This document shows positions 1 through 12,295 of a stretch of DNA of 64,000 nucleotides, piece after piece. How positions within the stretch are numbered: position 1 is the first letter of the stretch; each line of letters starts with the position of its first letter. This DNA is from Rhizodiscina lignyota (lineage: Eukaryota): contig ML978128.1 of assembly GCA_010015805.1 (NCBI GenBank), positions 434,001-498,000 of the forward strand, written 5' to 3'. Position numbers and translations under genes: made by a program. A model generated the notes under the pieces. It was not told the origin of the DNA. It made no database searches and worked only from the letters and a program-made list of their open reading frames with translations.

Positions 1-247
1 CGTTAACTACAGACTGGTCTATTGGTTCTGAGGGATCTGGCGTTGGACAAGGCTAAAGGCATGGATGAAAAGGTCTATTTACTAAGCCAGTATGGGATGT
101 ATTAAAGCTCGCAGGTATTGAAAGATCGCCTACATATCGTTCAGGGCTGTGTGTATACTCGCCATCTGTATGTATTTCAAGGCTGGATAGGAGCGCAAGG
201 ATCAGGGCGTAGATATCAATCAAAGTGCACCATGTATCATCAATTCA

Positions 248-895
248 TCATTTTCCTTCGATAGCTACTGCCTCAGGTAGCTTCGCGTTCTGAAAGATCA
301 CATCCCGATAAAACTTCGCTTCCCTGATACTCTCCAAAATATCCTCCCTCGCTTCATGCAGCCCTTTCTTCTGCGGACTCTTCGCCAGCACCTCCCGTGG
401 CACCCACCGCCTCGCCGCCTCCTTAATCGTACTCACGTCCAGAATCCTGTGATGCAGGTGCCTCAGCACGACATCATACGGCGGCTTCCTCAGAAACGCT
501 GCATCCGCGTGCACAGAGTTGCCAGCCAACAACGCCCTCCTTGGATCAGGGGCATGCAGCTGCACGTACTGCAGCAGACCCTTTGCCGCGTCGTCTGCGG
601 ACGTGGTAGACTCTATACACGCGGCTGTAAGGCCGGACGCGGCGTGATGACTGGTGCACCAATCGTCCATTTGGTCAAGGCGTTCTTTGGAATGGTGGAT
701 CACGGCCTCGAATCCATCCTCGTCGAGAACGTCGAGGTCGTAGTCTGTCACGAAGCAGGCGATTTGCATGATGGAGTCGTTGTCGCGGTCGAGCCCGGTC
801 ATCTAGAGAAGTTAGTCAATTCGAAATGTAGACAATGTCGTTCATACTTCGCAATCTACCCAGACGAGCGGCTCGCGGGATACGCTTTCTGGCAT
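248..895 (-). CDS. REX2: Oligoribonuclease (Orn/REX2, DEDDh exonuclease); exons 895-848 and 802-248; possible in-frame upstream start at 1021
   Basis: Spliced product reads PLVWVDCE|MTGLD...LAGNSVHAD...HHRILDVST...LHEAREDILESI, the Orn motifs. 45-nt intron 847-803 has GTATGA donor, ACTAAC branch and TAG acceptor. Confidence 0.95.
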
Positions 896-1211
896 GGTGG
901 ATTGCAAGCGAATGAAGCCTGGAGGGCGAAAGTTGCTTCGATTTACAGGCGTCCAAGTGCTGTGGACAGATTGGTAATTAATATCGATACGCCTACATCT
1001 GATGTATCCAGTACGGAGCATCAGAATATCTCCTTCCTGGGGAGTGCGCGACGTGAACCGCAATGTTAAAGAAGGGAGGATATGTTCGAGTGTAAGGGAG
1101 ACATCTACGTCGTGTCGTGTGGCTGTGTGGCTGTGCAGATTTCAGCTTGTCCCAGCGTTGGCGCCTGTCCAGATTCAAGACGTAAAATGATCTATACAAT
1201 CATAGAGTTAT

Positions 1212-2552
1212 ATGTTCTATTACCAGGCTGCCTATTCGTCCCCACATTCTTGGAAACGTCTTTGTATGGTCATGAACATGCCGCTCGTGAATTCCGAGTG
1301 GCGGGCAGTCGTTGTAGACGAGGTTGACGAAAACGAACTCTATCTTGGAGCAGATGGCCGATATCAAACGCTACACGATCTTCCGACTACGACTCTAAGA
1401 GCTGTGCTTTCCTGCGGATTCAAGGCCAACATTCTATTCGCATGGGAATGTCCTTTGGCCACAGAGCTGTTACCTAACGATGATCCTCGAGTTGCGATTC
1501 TCTCCTGGAGGTGGGACGGCAAAGCACTCAGTCTGAACCCAGCAAGCGGATCTCGGAATATCCTGCGAGCTCTAACTTATGCTAAAATGAGTGGCATCCG
1601 GTTCCTCTTCGTGGACATTGTCTCCATTGACCAGACTGCGGATAAAGCAAGATTACTCGAACAAGTCATAGCGTTCTCTGAGATGTTCAAGACCGTTAGA
1701 GTCATCTGTGCCTACGAGCAAAGTGCAGGAGATACGCTCGACACCCTTCACCGGCCTTGGATCAAAAAGGAGATGCGCGACATGACTTTCAATCCTACCG
1801 TGGTCACATACTTATCCCGTGATGTTCAGGAGCCATCCTGGCAGGACGTGGACATGTATCAGCGCGCCTTGGGGCATCATACTGGTTCCGATTTCATTCG
1901 ATTCGAGTACGAGTTTAGTAGCAACACGGGCCTAGACTTTACCGATACCATCCTTCGGGTGCTCTTTGGACTCTTATCGATGGTTTCAGTTAATGACTTC
2001 GAGTATATTATCCCAGGCCTCGCCTCAATCTTATCTGCCGCTGATGGCCAACTGATTCGAGAAGATTATCTGATGACGGCGGCAATATTAAGCCAGAGTG
2101 TTTCCGAACGACCAAGCGAGGGAGGACGCGAGATCTGGTATTATAGCGCCTTCGAAGGTATCCAATTTCAGCGATGCAGTTTCTTCCCGCGCCGCACTTG
2201 GAGCGATAAATATCATCATCACAAGTTTATTGGCTGCGATGTCCATTTCGATGGTTTCAAGGTTGCGAGGTTACAGTCCAGAGATCCCGAACCATTCTCC
2301 ACTTGCTACCTAAAGGCGGATGAGGATGCAATGAACACCATCTCAAGCAGGCTCCGTAGGAGTACTAACGACAGCAGCTGTAGACAGCTAAGCTCCTGCC
2401 TCTCCAGTAGCATGTCTACTGTAAGAAATGGGATCCTTCATGAGCCTATTTTGCAGGGAGATAAGGGAGAGGATGGGCAAGCCCGGGCGCTAGATCATAC
2501 TGTGAATCGGTATGACTATAGACCTGACCTGAGGTGTGTAAGCTTTGAATGA
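1212..2552 (+). CDS. Divergent HET-domain-like protein
   Basis: Intronless 446-aa ORF with HET-like blocks VAILSWRWDG, FLFVDIVSIDQT and HRPW. Start codon uncertain (1212 or a downstream Met near 1266). Confidence 0.6.
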   Translation: MFYYQAAYSSPHSWKRLCMVMNMPLVNSEWRAVVVDEVDENELYLGADGRYQTLHDLPTTTLRAVLSCGFKANILFAWECPLATELLPNDDPRVAILSWRWDGKALSLNPASGSRNILRALTYAKMSGIRFLFVDIVSIDQTADKARLLEQVIAFSEMFKTVRVICAYEQSAGDTLDTLHRPWIKKEMRDMTFNPTVVTYLSRDVQEPSWQDVDMYQRALGHHTGSDFIRFEYEFSSNTGLDFTDTILRVLFGLLSMVSVNDFEYIIPGLASILSAADGQLIREDYLMTAAILSQSVSERPSEGGREIWYYSAFEGIQFQRCSFFPRRTWSDKYHHHKFIGCDVHFDGFKVARLQSRDPEPFSTCYLKADEDAMNTISSRLRRSTNDSSCRQLSSCLSSSMSTVRNGILHEPILQGDKGEDGQARALDHTVNRYDYRPDLRCVSFE

Positions 2553-3654
2553 AAGGCTGCCGATGGCAAGGTGGATCTTGCGATATGATGAGTTCCTATG
2601 GCAACACCTGGGTCGTGGAGCAAGAGCGACTGAGAGTGGCTATTATTAATTTAAGCAAACCAGTCATTCACGATTCATTCGACGCAGACCCTGAAACGAA
2701 ACGAAGATCGAGTCTTGGAGACAACATCACTTACTCTTCATTTTCCTACTATCACTAGCTGCGTAAGGACCACTCAGCCTCAAGTCGATATGAGTTCTTA
2801 CCCACGGAGGTATGATGGCATGCAATATCCAGGCCATTCGCTGAAAGACATACAGGACCAAATTATCGGTGAGACCATCTGCTCAAGGCGTTGCATTATT
2901 CTTTATTGACAATGATTTTGCTCTAGCAAATGCAGGCTTCTTGTACCCCAGCTACGCAAACAGTCTCAGCGTCATAACTCGCATCCAGTGCAAGCCGAAA
3001 ACCTCGTTTGATGGCGATGTGCTCCATGCGATCACCTTCTCGGCCCTCCTCGTCTCAGTGATAGGATCATCCCGCTCCGTTCTCATCGAAGCAGCAACGC
3101 CTTCCTGCCCGTTGGCCGGTAAGCTGCGTGTCGACTACCACGTCGGCTGCCAACTTGGAAGTCGACAGGGCGCCATAGATGCACTGTTGCTCAAGACCGA
3201 GATGATGATTGACCAGAAGATGAAGGAGGACAACGTTGGACTGAAGCTCTCGCGTGCGAATACTCGGAAGGGAAGCGAGGCCACAGCTAAGAGGAATGAT
3301 TGGATAGCCGAGGGAGGGGAAGACGGCATAGGAGCATGGACGAGAAGTCGAAGGCGTTCTAGTCAGGGCTAGTCGGTGGAGAGCAGATCGTTGGTGTCAA
3401 GCTCGGTAAGACTCCTATGTTCACCTTTGTCGCAGCGGACCTATACTCGAGATGCAAAGTTTGATGTCCTGAAAGGTGGAGACTGTGTAGTCGCAGGTAC
3501 GATTGATAGAGAGCCTAAGATGTGAGCTTCAGTATCCGCTTCCAGTATAGCATCCAGATGCACGGTGGTCTTCGTAACGTCCGACCGCCGTATGGCGCTG
3601 AAAGACGCCCCACTGAAAGGGCGTCTCAAATGTTGAGAATTATTCCAAAGTGGT

Positions 3655-4593
3655 TCATCGATGTGGGCGAGGACCACCCGGTAGTCCTCTCTTGGGTCCA
3701 CTAGGGAGGCCACTTCTTGAAGGGGCCTGATTGGTTGATGACGCATATGGATTTCCGCTGCTGCCATATCCTCCTCCCCCGGAATACACGCCATAATCAT
3801 CACCGCCACCAGCCCACGGTGCGTTGGCCGATGTCATTGGTTGCTGATCTCTTCCTCCAGATCCCCCAGAGGGCTCGTAGGGATTGCGCGATCCTACAGA
3901 ACTCAGACCGGGACTTGATGCTGCTGATTGATTGGCGACTGGGCTTGACGAGCGACCTCCACCCCACAATCTCGCTTTAAGCCTATCTTGAGCGGAACCT
4001 CCACCACTGCTGCCTGGTGGGGTTTGATCTGACGGCGGAGACTTCATCCCTGACTGGTAGCTACCGGCTCTCTGACTTGGCAGCGGTCTTGATTGCGCTT
4101 GTGCTTGCTCTCCACCTCCTCGTTGGTATGAATCCACAATGCCTGGCCTTGCACTGGAGCGTGAAAGGGATGTTGTACTCGATTGAGCTGAGTCCATGGA
4201 CATGTTGTTCGCCCTTCCGGCGCGCAGACTCGAAGGTACCGCCGCTGGCGTACTTGATCTGCCAGAATTGTCCCAGAGGTCACTGAGACCTCCACCACTC
4301 CCTCGTTGCCCTCCCATCTGTCCACTCCCTCCATAACCACCCTCCTGTTGCCTACGAGTGGAGCTTACGAACTGCGCTGCTGGTGGCGGAGGGGGAGCTT
4401 TAGGATCTGGCGGTAGCCATTCTGGAAGCTGGCGACCCTTTTCAGTGTAATATGCACGCAAGACTCTGCAGACGTGACTATCGTCGTCGGTGTCTCCATC
4501 TGTTTCATCGGGCAGCAGGGCGCGTCGGAGGGAGGTGTACTTGTTGGTCGCTGTTGTAAGGGCGGATGAAAGGTAACTAGAGTAGGATGACAT
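3655..4593 (-). CDS. MSO1: Mso1-like Sec1-binding exocytosis protein
   Basis: N-terminal ETDGDTDDDSHVCRVLRAYYTEKGRQLPEWL matches the Mso1 Sec1-binding region; low-complexity G/S/P-rich tail. Confidence 0.8.
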   Translation of the reverse strand: MSSYSSYLSSALTTATNKYTSLRRALLPDETDGDTDDDSHVCRVLRAYYTEKGRQLPEWLPPDPKAPPPPPAAQFVSSTRRQQEGGYGGSGQMGGQRGSGGGLSDLWDNSGRSSTPAAVPSSLRAGRANNMSMDSAQSSTTSLSRSSARPGIVDSYQRGGGEQAQAQSRPLPSQRAGSYQSGMKSPPSDQTPPGSSGGGSAQDRLKARLWGGGRSSSPVANQSAASSPGLSSVGSRNPYEPSGGSGGRDQQPMTSANAPWAGGGDDYGVYSGGGGYGSSGNPYASSTNQAPSRSGLPSGPKRGLPGGPRPHR

Positions 4594-5314
4594 TGTGAAG
4601 AGTGCACCACGATATATCCCACTGGGCTAGCTGCGGTGAGTCAAGCAGAGTGGAATTGGAACTTGATATGCTGGAAACAGCCCAAGCGGGAGGTCGGGGG
4701 GAAGCTTTGACGAAATGACACGTGCCAAGCCTCCCGCCTCCATAAATTTTTGCTTTGTCTTATCGTCCCATCTTCACTCTTCCTCCCACTATTTTGGACC
4801 GTTCAGAGTTCCCCCGATATGCCGAATGTGTCTCAGCACTGTATGTTTACTTTCTATTACTGTCACATCCCTCAAAGCTCCTCCTTATGATGAGACCCAT
4901 AGAAATAAGAACAGCCAACATCAGGGACGTGTGTCCCAATGCTGATTCCTAGCACCATACCACTCTCTGAACGCCTGCCATCCCTCTTATCCAAAGATAT
5001 GTCACTGTCGTTTAAGTTTCGCTGACATATCAAACGGCAGAATAAAGCTCATGGAGCACATATCATTGCTTACCGTCGTCTTACGGTTGAGACCCTTACA
5101 CGTTGGAAGAAATGAGGGGTAAGATTCATTTAATATGTATCATACAGGTTGATTTTGATGGCTAAACATCATCTATACCATTAATCAAGAAGAATTGCTC
5201 AAGATCAATGGCCGAATTGAGTTTTACACCTTCACAGCCGAGCACTGAGGTCTTTTCCTTGAGATGATCTGCCACCCATACAGTCAGACGCGTCGTTAAT
5301 CGAGGTGAGCATAA

Positions 5315-5824
5315 TTACTCAAACTTCTCCCATGTCAACACAGCCCTGGCTCTGGTTCCATCGTCGTAGACCATGTCCTTCTGTGGCCTCAGCTCCATGT
5401 ACTGCTTTCCATTTTCTTCCCAGTACTGTAATTTCCTAACCTGCTTGCCACCAATTCGATTGGGATCGGTTGCAATCACAACCGTCGTCTCCCACCAGTA
5501 CTCTCCCTCCGCGCTTCCCGGGTCCTTGAAAAGCTCTACCTGCCCGCAGTACATACTGAATCCCTTCGCGATGTACGCGACTTCTTCGTCTGAACACAGC
5601 TGGAAGTCTGACGCTGACTTGGTCGGCTTCAATCGATCCGGAAAGGCCATGTGTGCCGAGAGGAAGCCACCGGGTGTGAGGATGGTTCTTCCGAGCGGAT
5701 TGTCGCCGTGAGGCTTTCGAATCAGCTTCTTGTCTGGACCGTCTCCGTCGAAGATTTCATATTTGATGCACTTCCACCCGCCGGCGAGTTTATCCTTGGC
5801 CTGAGGCCAGACGTTCTGAGGCAT
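5315..5824 (-). CDS. Lipocalin-like domain protein (Lipocalin_5-type beta-barrel)
   Basis: LAGGWK...PHGDNPLG..LTPGGFLSAHM...YCG...PNRIGGKQVR...LTWEK pattern; intronless 169 aa. Confidence 0.75.
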   Translation of the reverse strand: MPQNVWPQAKDKLAGGWKCIKYEIFDGDGPDKKLIRKPHGDNPLGRTILTPGGFLSAHMAFPDRLKPTKSASDFQLCSDEEVAYIAKGFSMYCGQVELFKDPGSAEGEYWWETTVVIATDPNRIGGKQVRKLQYWEENGKQYMELRPQKDMVYDDGTRARAVLTWEKFE

Positions 5825-7009
5825 GCTGAGCGATTGAAATATATATGATGTTTATTCTGTCAGGTGAACTTTTGTTTAAAAAGATGCAATGAAGTCCATA
5901 TATGATATGGATAATGATGAGAGCTTTTAACTCGCGGACCGAGCTTAAGGACGGCCACGGACGGTCCCCTTATTGGGCTTAGCGCACGGGCAATCGCCAT
6001 CCGCAGTCTTTCAACTCTACAACAACAATGGAAATACGTTGATAACATCTTCTTGCACTTCAATCATCTGTCTAGAAAACAACGCTCAATAATTGACTTT
6101 ATGATTTCTAGACATAAAGGCAGCATGTGAGCCACGAGCAATAGAATATGAGGCCACCCCGCCCCGAGGGGTAAATGTCAACCACTCAACTTGGCTCGTC
6201 AGGTATTGTCTCATTTCATATACATTTGTGAGATATGTACTTGCATCCTTCAAAGTTGCCTTTCATATGCCGAAATAAAAGCCACGCTGCCTCATCTTGA
6301 TCATTTCTCAGGCCCTGTATTACGATCAGTTCATGCGTTTAGCTAAAAGGGGTATCAGCCCTAATAGGTTGACTCCATTCTCCCTTCCCTTCCTGTTGTA
6401 GCCCATATTCATTTGGATTGTTTGATGATCTCCAAACCTTGTTTTGAGAAGCTTGATCAATATCGAAGCGTATTCGAGTGCGAACAATCCTCAAAAAGAT
6501 GGGGTTGGCACTTTACATAATTTGTCAACGCTCTTAAACGTACGACTGATGACGCGAAAATCAACAACGAAATACACCTAAATTCCTAAATGCCCCCCTG
6601 TACTTCCAAGTTTCACATCTTCTTTCAGGTTTTCGAATGGCTATGCAAGGCAGGCCTGTCAATGACCCAATCGAAAGTCGGATTGGATTGTTCGATTATT
6701 TGGACGTCCCGACCGACTGGTTTGTTTGTTATTACGAACGATCGGTCTGGTTTCTTTGTTCATTTAACGGTTCAATCGCGGCATCTCTACCAATTGTAGT
6801 AGTACTCAGTTAAGAGGAATGACGGTGAGACATTTCAAGAATGTAAACAACCTAATGAGGCTCAGTACTCTCCTTAACAGGATTGACAGTATTCAACACC
6901 ATGCTCTGTACCACCTTCCCGGACTTTACATTCATCTCGTACTGTCTACTGTTTTTACGTATGCACAGCTCACAACATCGTTCCACTCGACAAGTGGTAG
7001 TCATCCAAT

Positions 7010-7956
7010 ATGCTTTCAAAGACGGATGCACTCTTGATCTTCCTGTTACCCTCTGCCCTAGCAAGGCCACTTTCTGCTAAGATCTCAGAGCGTCAAAGCT
7101 GTCCAAATCTCCATGTGTTCGGGGCTCGCGAGACTGCTGCTCCTGCTGGATATGGGCTTGCAGAGACTGTCGTCAATCTCATGCTCGGAGCTTATTCTGG
7201 CTCCACTGCAGAGCCGATCGACTATCCTGCTACGGGAGAACCAATCGACGATCCTCCTACGGGAGGAGATAGCTATGGTGCTTCTGTGCAGGCAGGTGTA
7301 CAGGCGGTAACGAGTGCTGTGACAAGCTTTGCGCAGCAGTGTCCTGACACACCAATTGTACTTGTGGGTTATTCGCAGGTCAGCTTCACTCTCCATCAAT
7401 TATTGCGCCATGTTATTCTACCGCTCAGAGTCATCCTTATGGTACGAGTAGATGCTGACATATGTATCTTACGATGGTCAGGGTGCACAAATCATGGACG
7501 ACGCAATGTGCGGTAGTGGAGATCTGAATCAAGGCATTGCTGACACGTCTGCTCCCATTGCAAGCAGCGTGGGTGGGCAAGTATGGGCAATTATTCTTAT
7601 GGGTGATCCTCGCCACACGCCTGGCGCGCCGTACAATGTCGGTACTTCAACGGCACCTGGAGTAGGCTCTCAACTAGATTTTGTGTGAATGCAACAGTTA
7701 ACATTATCAGTTTGATCCTCGCCCAAGCGGTCAGACATGCACTGCGTATGCCAGTACAATCCAGTCATACTGCGACGCCACAGATCCATACTGCTCGAAC
7801 GGCAACGACGCTTCGGTTCATCGAGGCTATGGCCAAGAATATGGACAGCAGGCATTAGAGTTCGTCAATAGCAATCTCTACTCATATGGCACGTCATCCG
7901 CGAATTCTTCAACACTAGCTTCATTCTCAGCCATCCCACTATCGACTTTAGAGTAG
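7010..7956 (+). CDS. Secreted acetylxylan esterase, cutinase family CE5; exons 7010-7378, 7482-7661, 7711-7956
   Basis: Signal peptide; SCPNLHVFGARET; nucleophile motif GYSQ|GAQ across intron 1; MGDPRH; SYCDATDPYCSNGNDASVH carrying catalytic Asp and His. Confidence 0.92.
7211..7264 (+). repeat. 27-nt imperfect in-frame tandem duplication inside the esterase gene
   Basis: gagccgatcgactatcctgctacggga / gaaccaatcgacgatcctcctacggga (EPIDYPATG EPIDDPPTG). Confidence 0.85.
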
Positions 7957-8517
7957 AACTTAGCCCGTGGCAAGACCGGAGTTGTCAGGCAAGGATGATA
8001 TTGCAATGCTCTTTAATGTAAATATCTGATTAATGATGTCTTTACTTACTACTGCTTCAGAGGTCCAAATGCAAAGTTTCATTCCGACATATGCTCTGGC
8101 TTCGTGTACATAAAATTGGAATCAGGCATACCACGTTATAATCTACGAGATTATCGAAATTAGGGACAGTTAAATGTAACAGGGAACATATTATTTGATA
8201 GAGACTTGTATCTACATAACTACGGAGTCCTTGCCGAAGTCTGGCCCAACGCGCGCCACACGATCTGCATGACGTCGATGCTTCGTGGCTGCAGCTGCGC
8301 GCAAGATCGTCCAACCACCATGCCGCGATGGCCATCCACAAGCTCTCACATGGATCATGGATGGGTGTGCTAAGACGCGAAGCAGTCGTCATGCCTCCTC
8401 GATCGCAAACTTTCCTTCCCTTGCCTTTATCTCTACACCTGAGATACCCATACCCTCCCTAGAATTCCACCTTCACCCCCTTGTTACTTCGCAAACAGTT
8501 GCACCCAACGCACGAAA

Positions 8518-9872
8518 ATGGTCCTCGAATACTTCACCTTTCGCAAGTCGAAAGGCAAGGCTACGGAAGATGCTCAGGCTGACGGCGCCAAATCCCCGGT
8601 CATGAACGAAGAGGACGAGCAATTCCTCGAGAAGATCACGTCGGAAAGCGCTGCACCTGCGAACCCAGAGAACCCTACGATCATCCTTGATAATGGCAGC
8701 AAAGTGAAGGGGAAGGATGCACAAGTTGCTTTGATGGCGGGCGCGGATCAGATACCCCTACCAGCCTCGCCGCGGGAGGGCGGAGCGGCAGGAGATGGCG
8801 ATGGCAAGAGCAAGGAGCAGAGGAACTACTGGTCATATATGCCCACGATACCACGGACGTCGGTAGATTGGGCGCCCTACATTCCCTCTTTACCTCGAGG
8901 TCGCTCGGACAAGCAGAAAGCTGCGGCAGACCTTGCTTCTGCCGCTGAAGTGATCAAGGCCGGCCAGGAGCCTGACTTGCCTGAGGATGAGGAAAAGAAA
9001 GAACAGGAGGATCTATCGGCTGTGCTCGACCAGCTCAATATCAGCGCCACGACCAAACGCACCTTCTCCCTTTCGAAAGAGTCGCAGAAGCTGATGGAGG
9101 ACTTCACCCAAATCCTCAAGGACGTTGTCAATGGAGTACCAACAGCATACGATGACCTTGAGAAGTTTATCACTGGGAGAGAGAAGGAAATTTCACATAT
9201 GTTCAAGAATCTGCCGCCATGGCTTCAAACCTTGGTCAAGAGTCTGCCCGCGAAAATGAGTACTACTCTGGCACCGGAGCTCATGGCCGCCGCAAGCGAG
9301 AAGCCAGGCGCAGATGGCAAAGCTAGGATGAACCTTGACCCGAATGTAAAAGTAGGGTCAAGTGAGCCATCTGTTCCGTTCCAGAGGAAGAAGAAAGCAA
9401 AGAAGAGCAGAATACCGACATTGAAGAGCTTGATAGCTCAAGACGGCGCCGTAGCAGGCATGCTGAGGAGTATCCTTAACTTCTTGAAGCTGCGCTTTCC
9501 CGCCTTCATCTCTGGAACGAACATTCTCTTGAGTGTTGCTGTATTCCGTAAGTCCCTCGCTAGTCCATTTGACTACCTGCACATCTAACATCATCTACAG
9601 TACTCCTCTTCGTCTTCTGGTATTGCCACAAGCGTGGTCGCGAAACTAGACTAGAAAGCGAACGCCTAGCTGCCTCTCAAGCGTCCTTGGACGAAGAGGG
9701 CGATGGGGAGCTTAGCGCAGAGGCGACAGACGTGGAAGATAGCACCGTGCTAGAAAAGGATGACAATGATGAAGAAGTAGATGCAAAGTCGACTGCTTCG
9801 GTTCAGGGTACGCCACCAGTCTTAGCTCAACCTGATCCGAAGGAGGTGCCATTGCCGGACGACAAAGTCTAG
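8518..9872 (+). CDS. Conserved fungal hypothetical membrane protein; exons 8518-9547, 9601-9872
   Basis: Long ORF with KDVVNGVPTAYDDL and, after intron GTAAGT...CTAAC...CAG, a TM segment ILLSVAVFLLLFVFWYCHKRGRE; acidic tail. Confidence 0.8.
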
Positions 9873-10226
9873 GCTGGCAAACCTGATAATTATTACGATA
9901 TTGACTACTTCCGTCAAGTCGGCTAAGAATGGCAATTAATTTTTTTGGGTTCAATTCTCGGTCCGGATGGAGGTAATGGACTTTTGGGTCTCGATACGCG
10001 ACGGATGATCATGAATTGACGACTTTGGCGCAAACTCCTGTCAATTGATACCTCGATGTTTTCACTGTCTTCATTTACGTTTCTACGTCTAGGACAGAGA
10101 TAATTCTCAGTACAACAAAGTGTGCAAAACCCACGATTGATACTCCTAGTGTAATGCAACCAACGCCCTTATGTACTCGCTGATGCATGGCAAACCACCA
10201 ATGATTCCAACAGCAGTGGGAGACTA

Positions 10227-12295
10227 TTAAAGTGCCCAAACTCCGCTCTCCAACAGGCTCGAGCTTGCAGTGTAGCTGAAGCCACCAAAAGGATTCACAT
10301 CCGTCATCATTTCGTCTCCAACATTAACGTTCTCGAAAGAGAATCTGCGCTCCATCAGAGCACCAGTCGGACTCAACATTAGATCAGTGAACTCCTTGGA
10401 AAAGTTCTCAGCGAGCGAGGGGTCTGTGATCATCGGGCGAAACGGAGGGTCCACTTCCCGCCGCTGGAGCTTCTTCCAGTCAATCTTGCGGAAGAATCTG
10501 TGCTTCTTAATGGTGGTCAAATCCTTCGGCATATTTGAGCCCAGACGGTCCTTCGGCTTCTTGCGCAGCAAGCGGATGAGCAGATCCTTGGCGTCAGGAC
10601 TAAGGTAGTATGGCGGTACAAACTTTTTCTTGAGGATGTTCTCTTCGATCTTGCTCTTGTTGTTCGCGGTGAACGGGGAGTTGCCCGTCATGAGTTCAAC
10701 GCCGAGCGCACCAAGAGACCACCAATCGACTGCCATACCATACTCCTCGCCTTTTATGACCTCTGGCGCCATGTACTCGAAGGTGCCTACAAAAGACTTG
10801 CATGTGTCGTCTTCGTCGACCGCTACTTTGGAGAGGCCGAAATCTGTGAGCAGAACATGGCCTTCAGAGTCGAGAAGGATGTTCTCGGGCTTGAGATCGC
10901 GGTAGACGACACCAACTGTCCTATGCAAGTGCTCCAGTGCCAACACAAGCTCTGCCATGTAAAATGCAGCGTGCTCCTACAATTCGATTGTAAGTTAGCG
11001 GATGTTTGCTTGTGAAGACTTTTATGCTTTCTGAACGTGTAAATCTGGAGCAGTTTGACGCATCGTAGAGCTTCTTGAGCTCTAGCGTCAATAGGAAGGA
11101 AGGTTTGATATTGTGTATGGTGAAGGGTCCTTACCTCGTTGAAAATGTGTTCCATGGCCAAGTGATAAAACAGCTCTCCACCTTCTGCATACTGCAGAAT
11201 AAGGTACAGTTTCTCCTGGTCTTGGAAAGCGTAATACAACTTCACAACAAATGGATGACGATTGACACTTTCCAGAATCTGGCGCTCCGTCTTAGCTTGT
11301 TCCTGGGATGCCTGCACCTTCAGCGTAGCTTTCCGCAATTGCTTTTGGGCGAAGAGGCGACCGGTTGCACGATGTCGAACGAGAAGAACTGTCCCAAACG
11401 AGCCTTTACCAAGGCATTTGATGGGCTCAAAGTCCTCCGCAGTCATTTTGCGCGTCAGCGTGTCGGCTCGACTATCAGTACCCTCAGAAGCCGGCGAGGT
11501 AGGAGTGTTGGAACCTAAAGTACGACTGATAAAATCATGCTCAAGATTGACTTCGTAGCTCTCCGAAGGAATGTAATCCACCTTGTCACTGTCACTGGAG
11601 TTGTCGGAGCCTGAGAAGTCGGAGCGCAGTCCACTCGCCATGCGAATGGGAGTGGACCGAAACGATCCCGTGTCGAGATTCAAGCTTCCGAACTGCTGTC
11701 TCAGCGCGCTGATTCCCCCCTGAGATGATGTCGGCCGCAAGGCGGGGCTGCTTGTAACGCTGGGCAAGTCACCAGTCTTTGGTCCAAGCCTTGGAGTGGT
11801 GGTGCGAGAGAAATCTGATTCTTCTCCTCCAGAACTTCCCGGAGTTTGGAAGCCGCGTACAGTGACCATGGCAGGTGCTGCTGGAAGCAATGCCTCCTTC
11901 TTCTTGCGCCTGTTGCGCTCCGAGACTTTGCGCACTTGTTCAAAGTCTAGTTTCTCTTCCTGTCCGTCATTTGTAGTTTTGGTGCGGCTTCGGCTCGCGC
12001 TTCGTGAAAATCGCGCTGGCGACGGAGAGGCGATTCGGACAGGCGAAGCTTTCGCTGATGGAGAGCCTTGCGGAAAATCATCTCTGCGTGGAATGCGCCC
12101 TTCTTCTATGCGCATTGCGCGCAGTCGCTCAGAGGCTTGCTGGATCGCATCATCTGAGGCCAGTCGGACAGGGCCGCCGTCGGGGAGTCCATTCATTTTT
12201 GAGGTAATATCTGAAGCAAGCAGCACACGGCTGCTCTTCTCAACAGTAGTTGAGGTGAGAGAGGTCTCAACCTCCTGAAACTCCATTGAAAACAT
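10227..12295 (-). CDS. AGC family Ser/Thr kinase, p70 S6K-like (Psk1/Ypk3 type); intron 11134-10977
   Basis: [30 protein letters not shown] and C-terminal hydrophobic motif FGGFSY; long disordered N-terminus. First in-frame ATG at 12295. Confidence 0.92.

Noticed and set aside
1..56. Possible 3' end of a plus-strand gene
   Set aside because: Too short to support a call.
2869..3372. 167-aa ORF and opposite hydrophobic 64-aa ORF
   Set aside because: No motif or convincing splice structure; at most a decayed gene.
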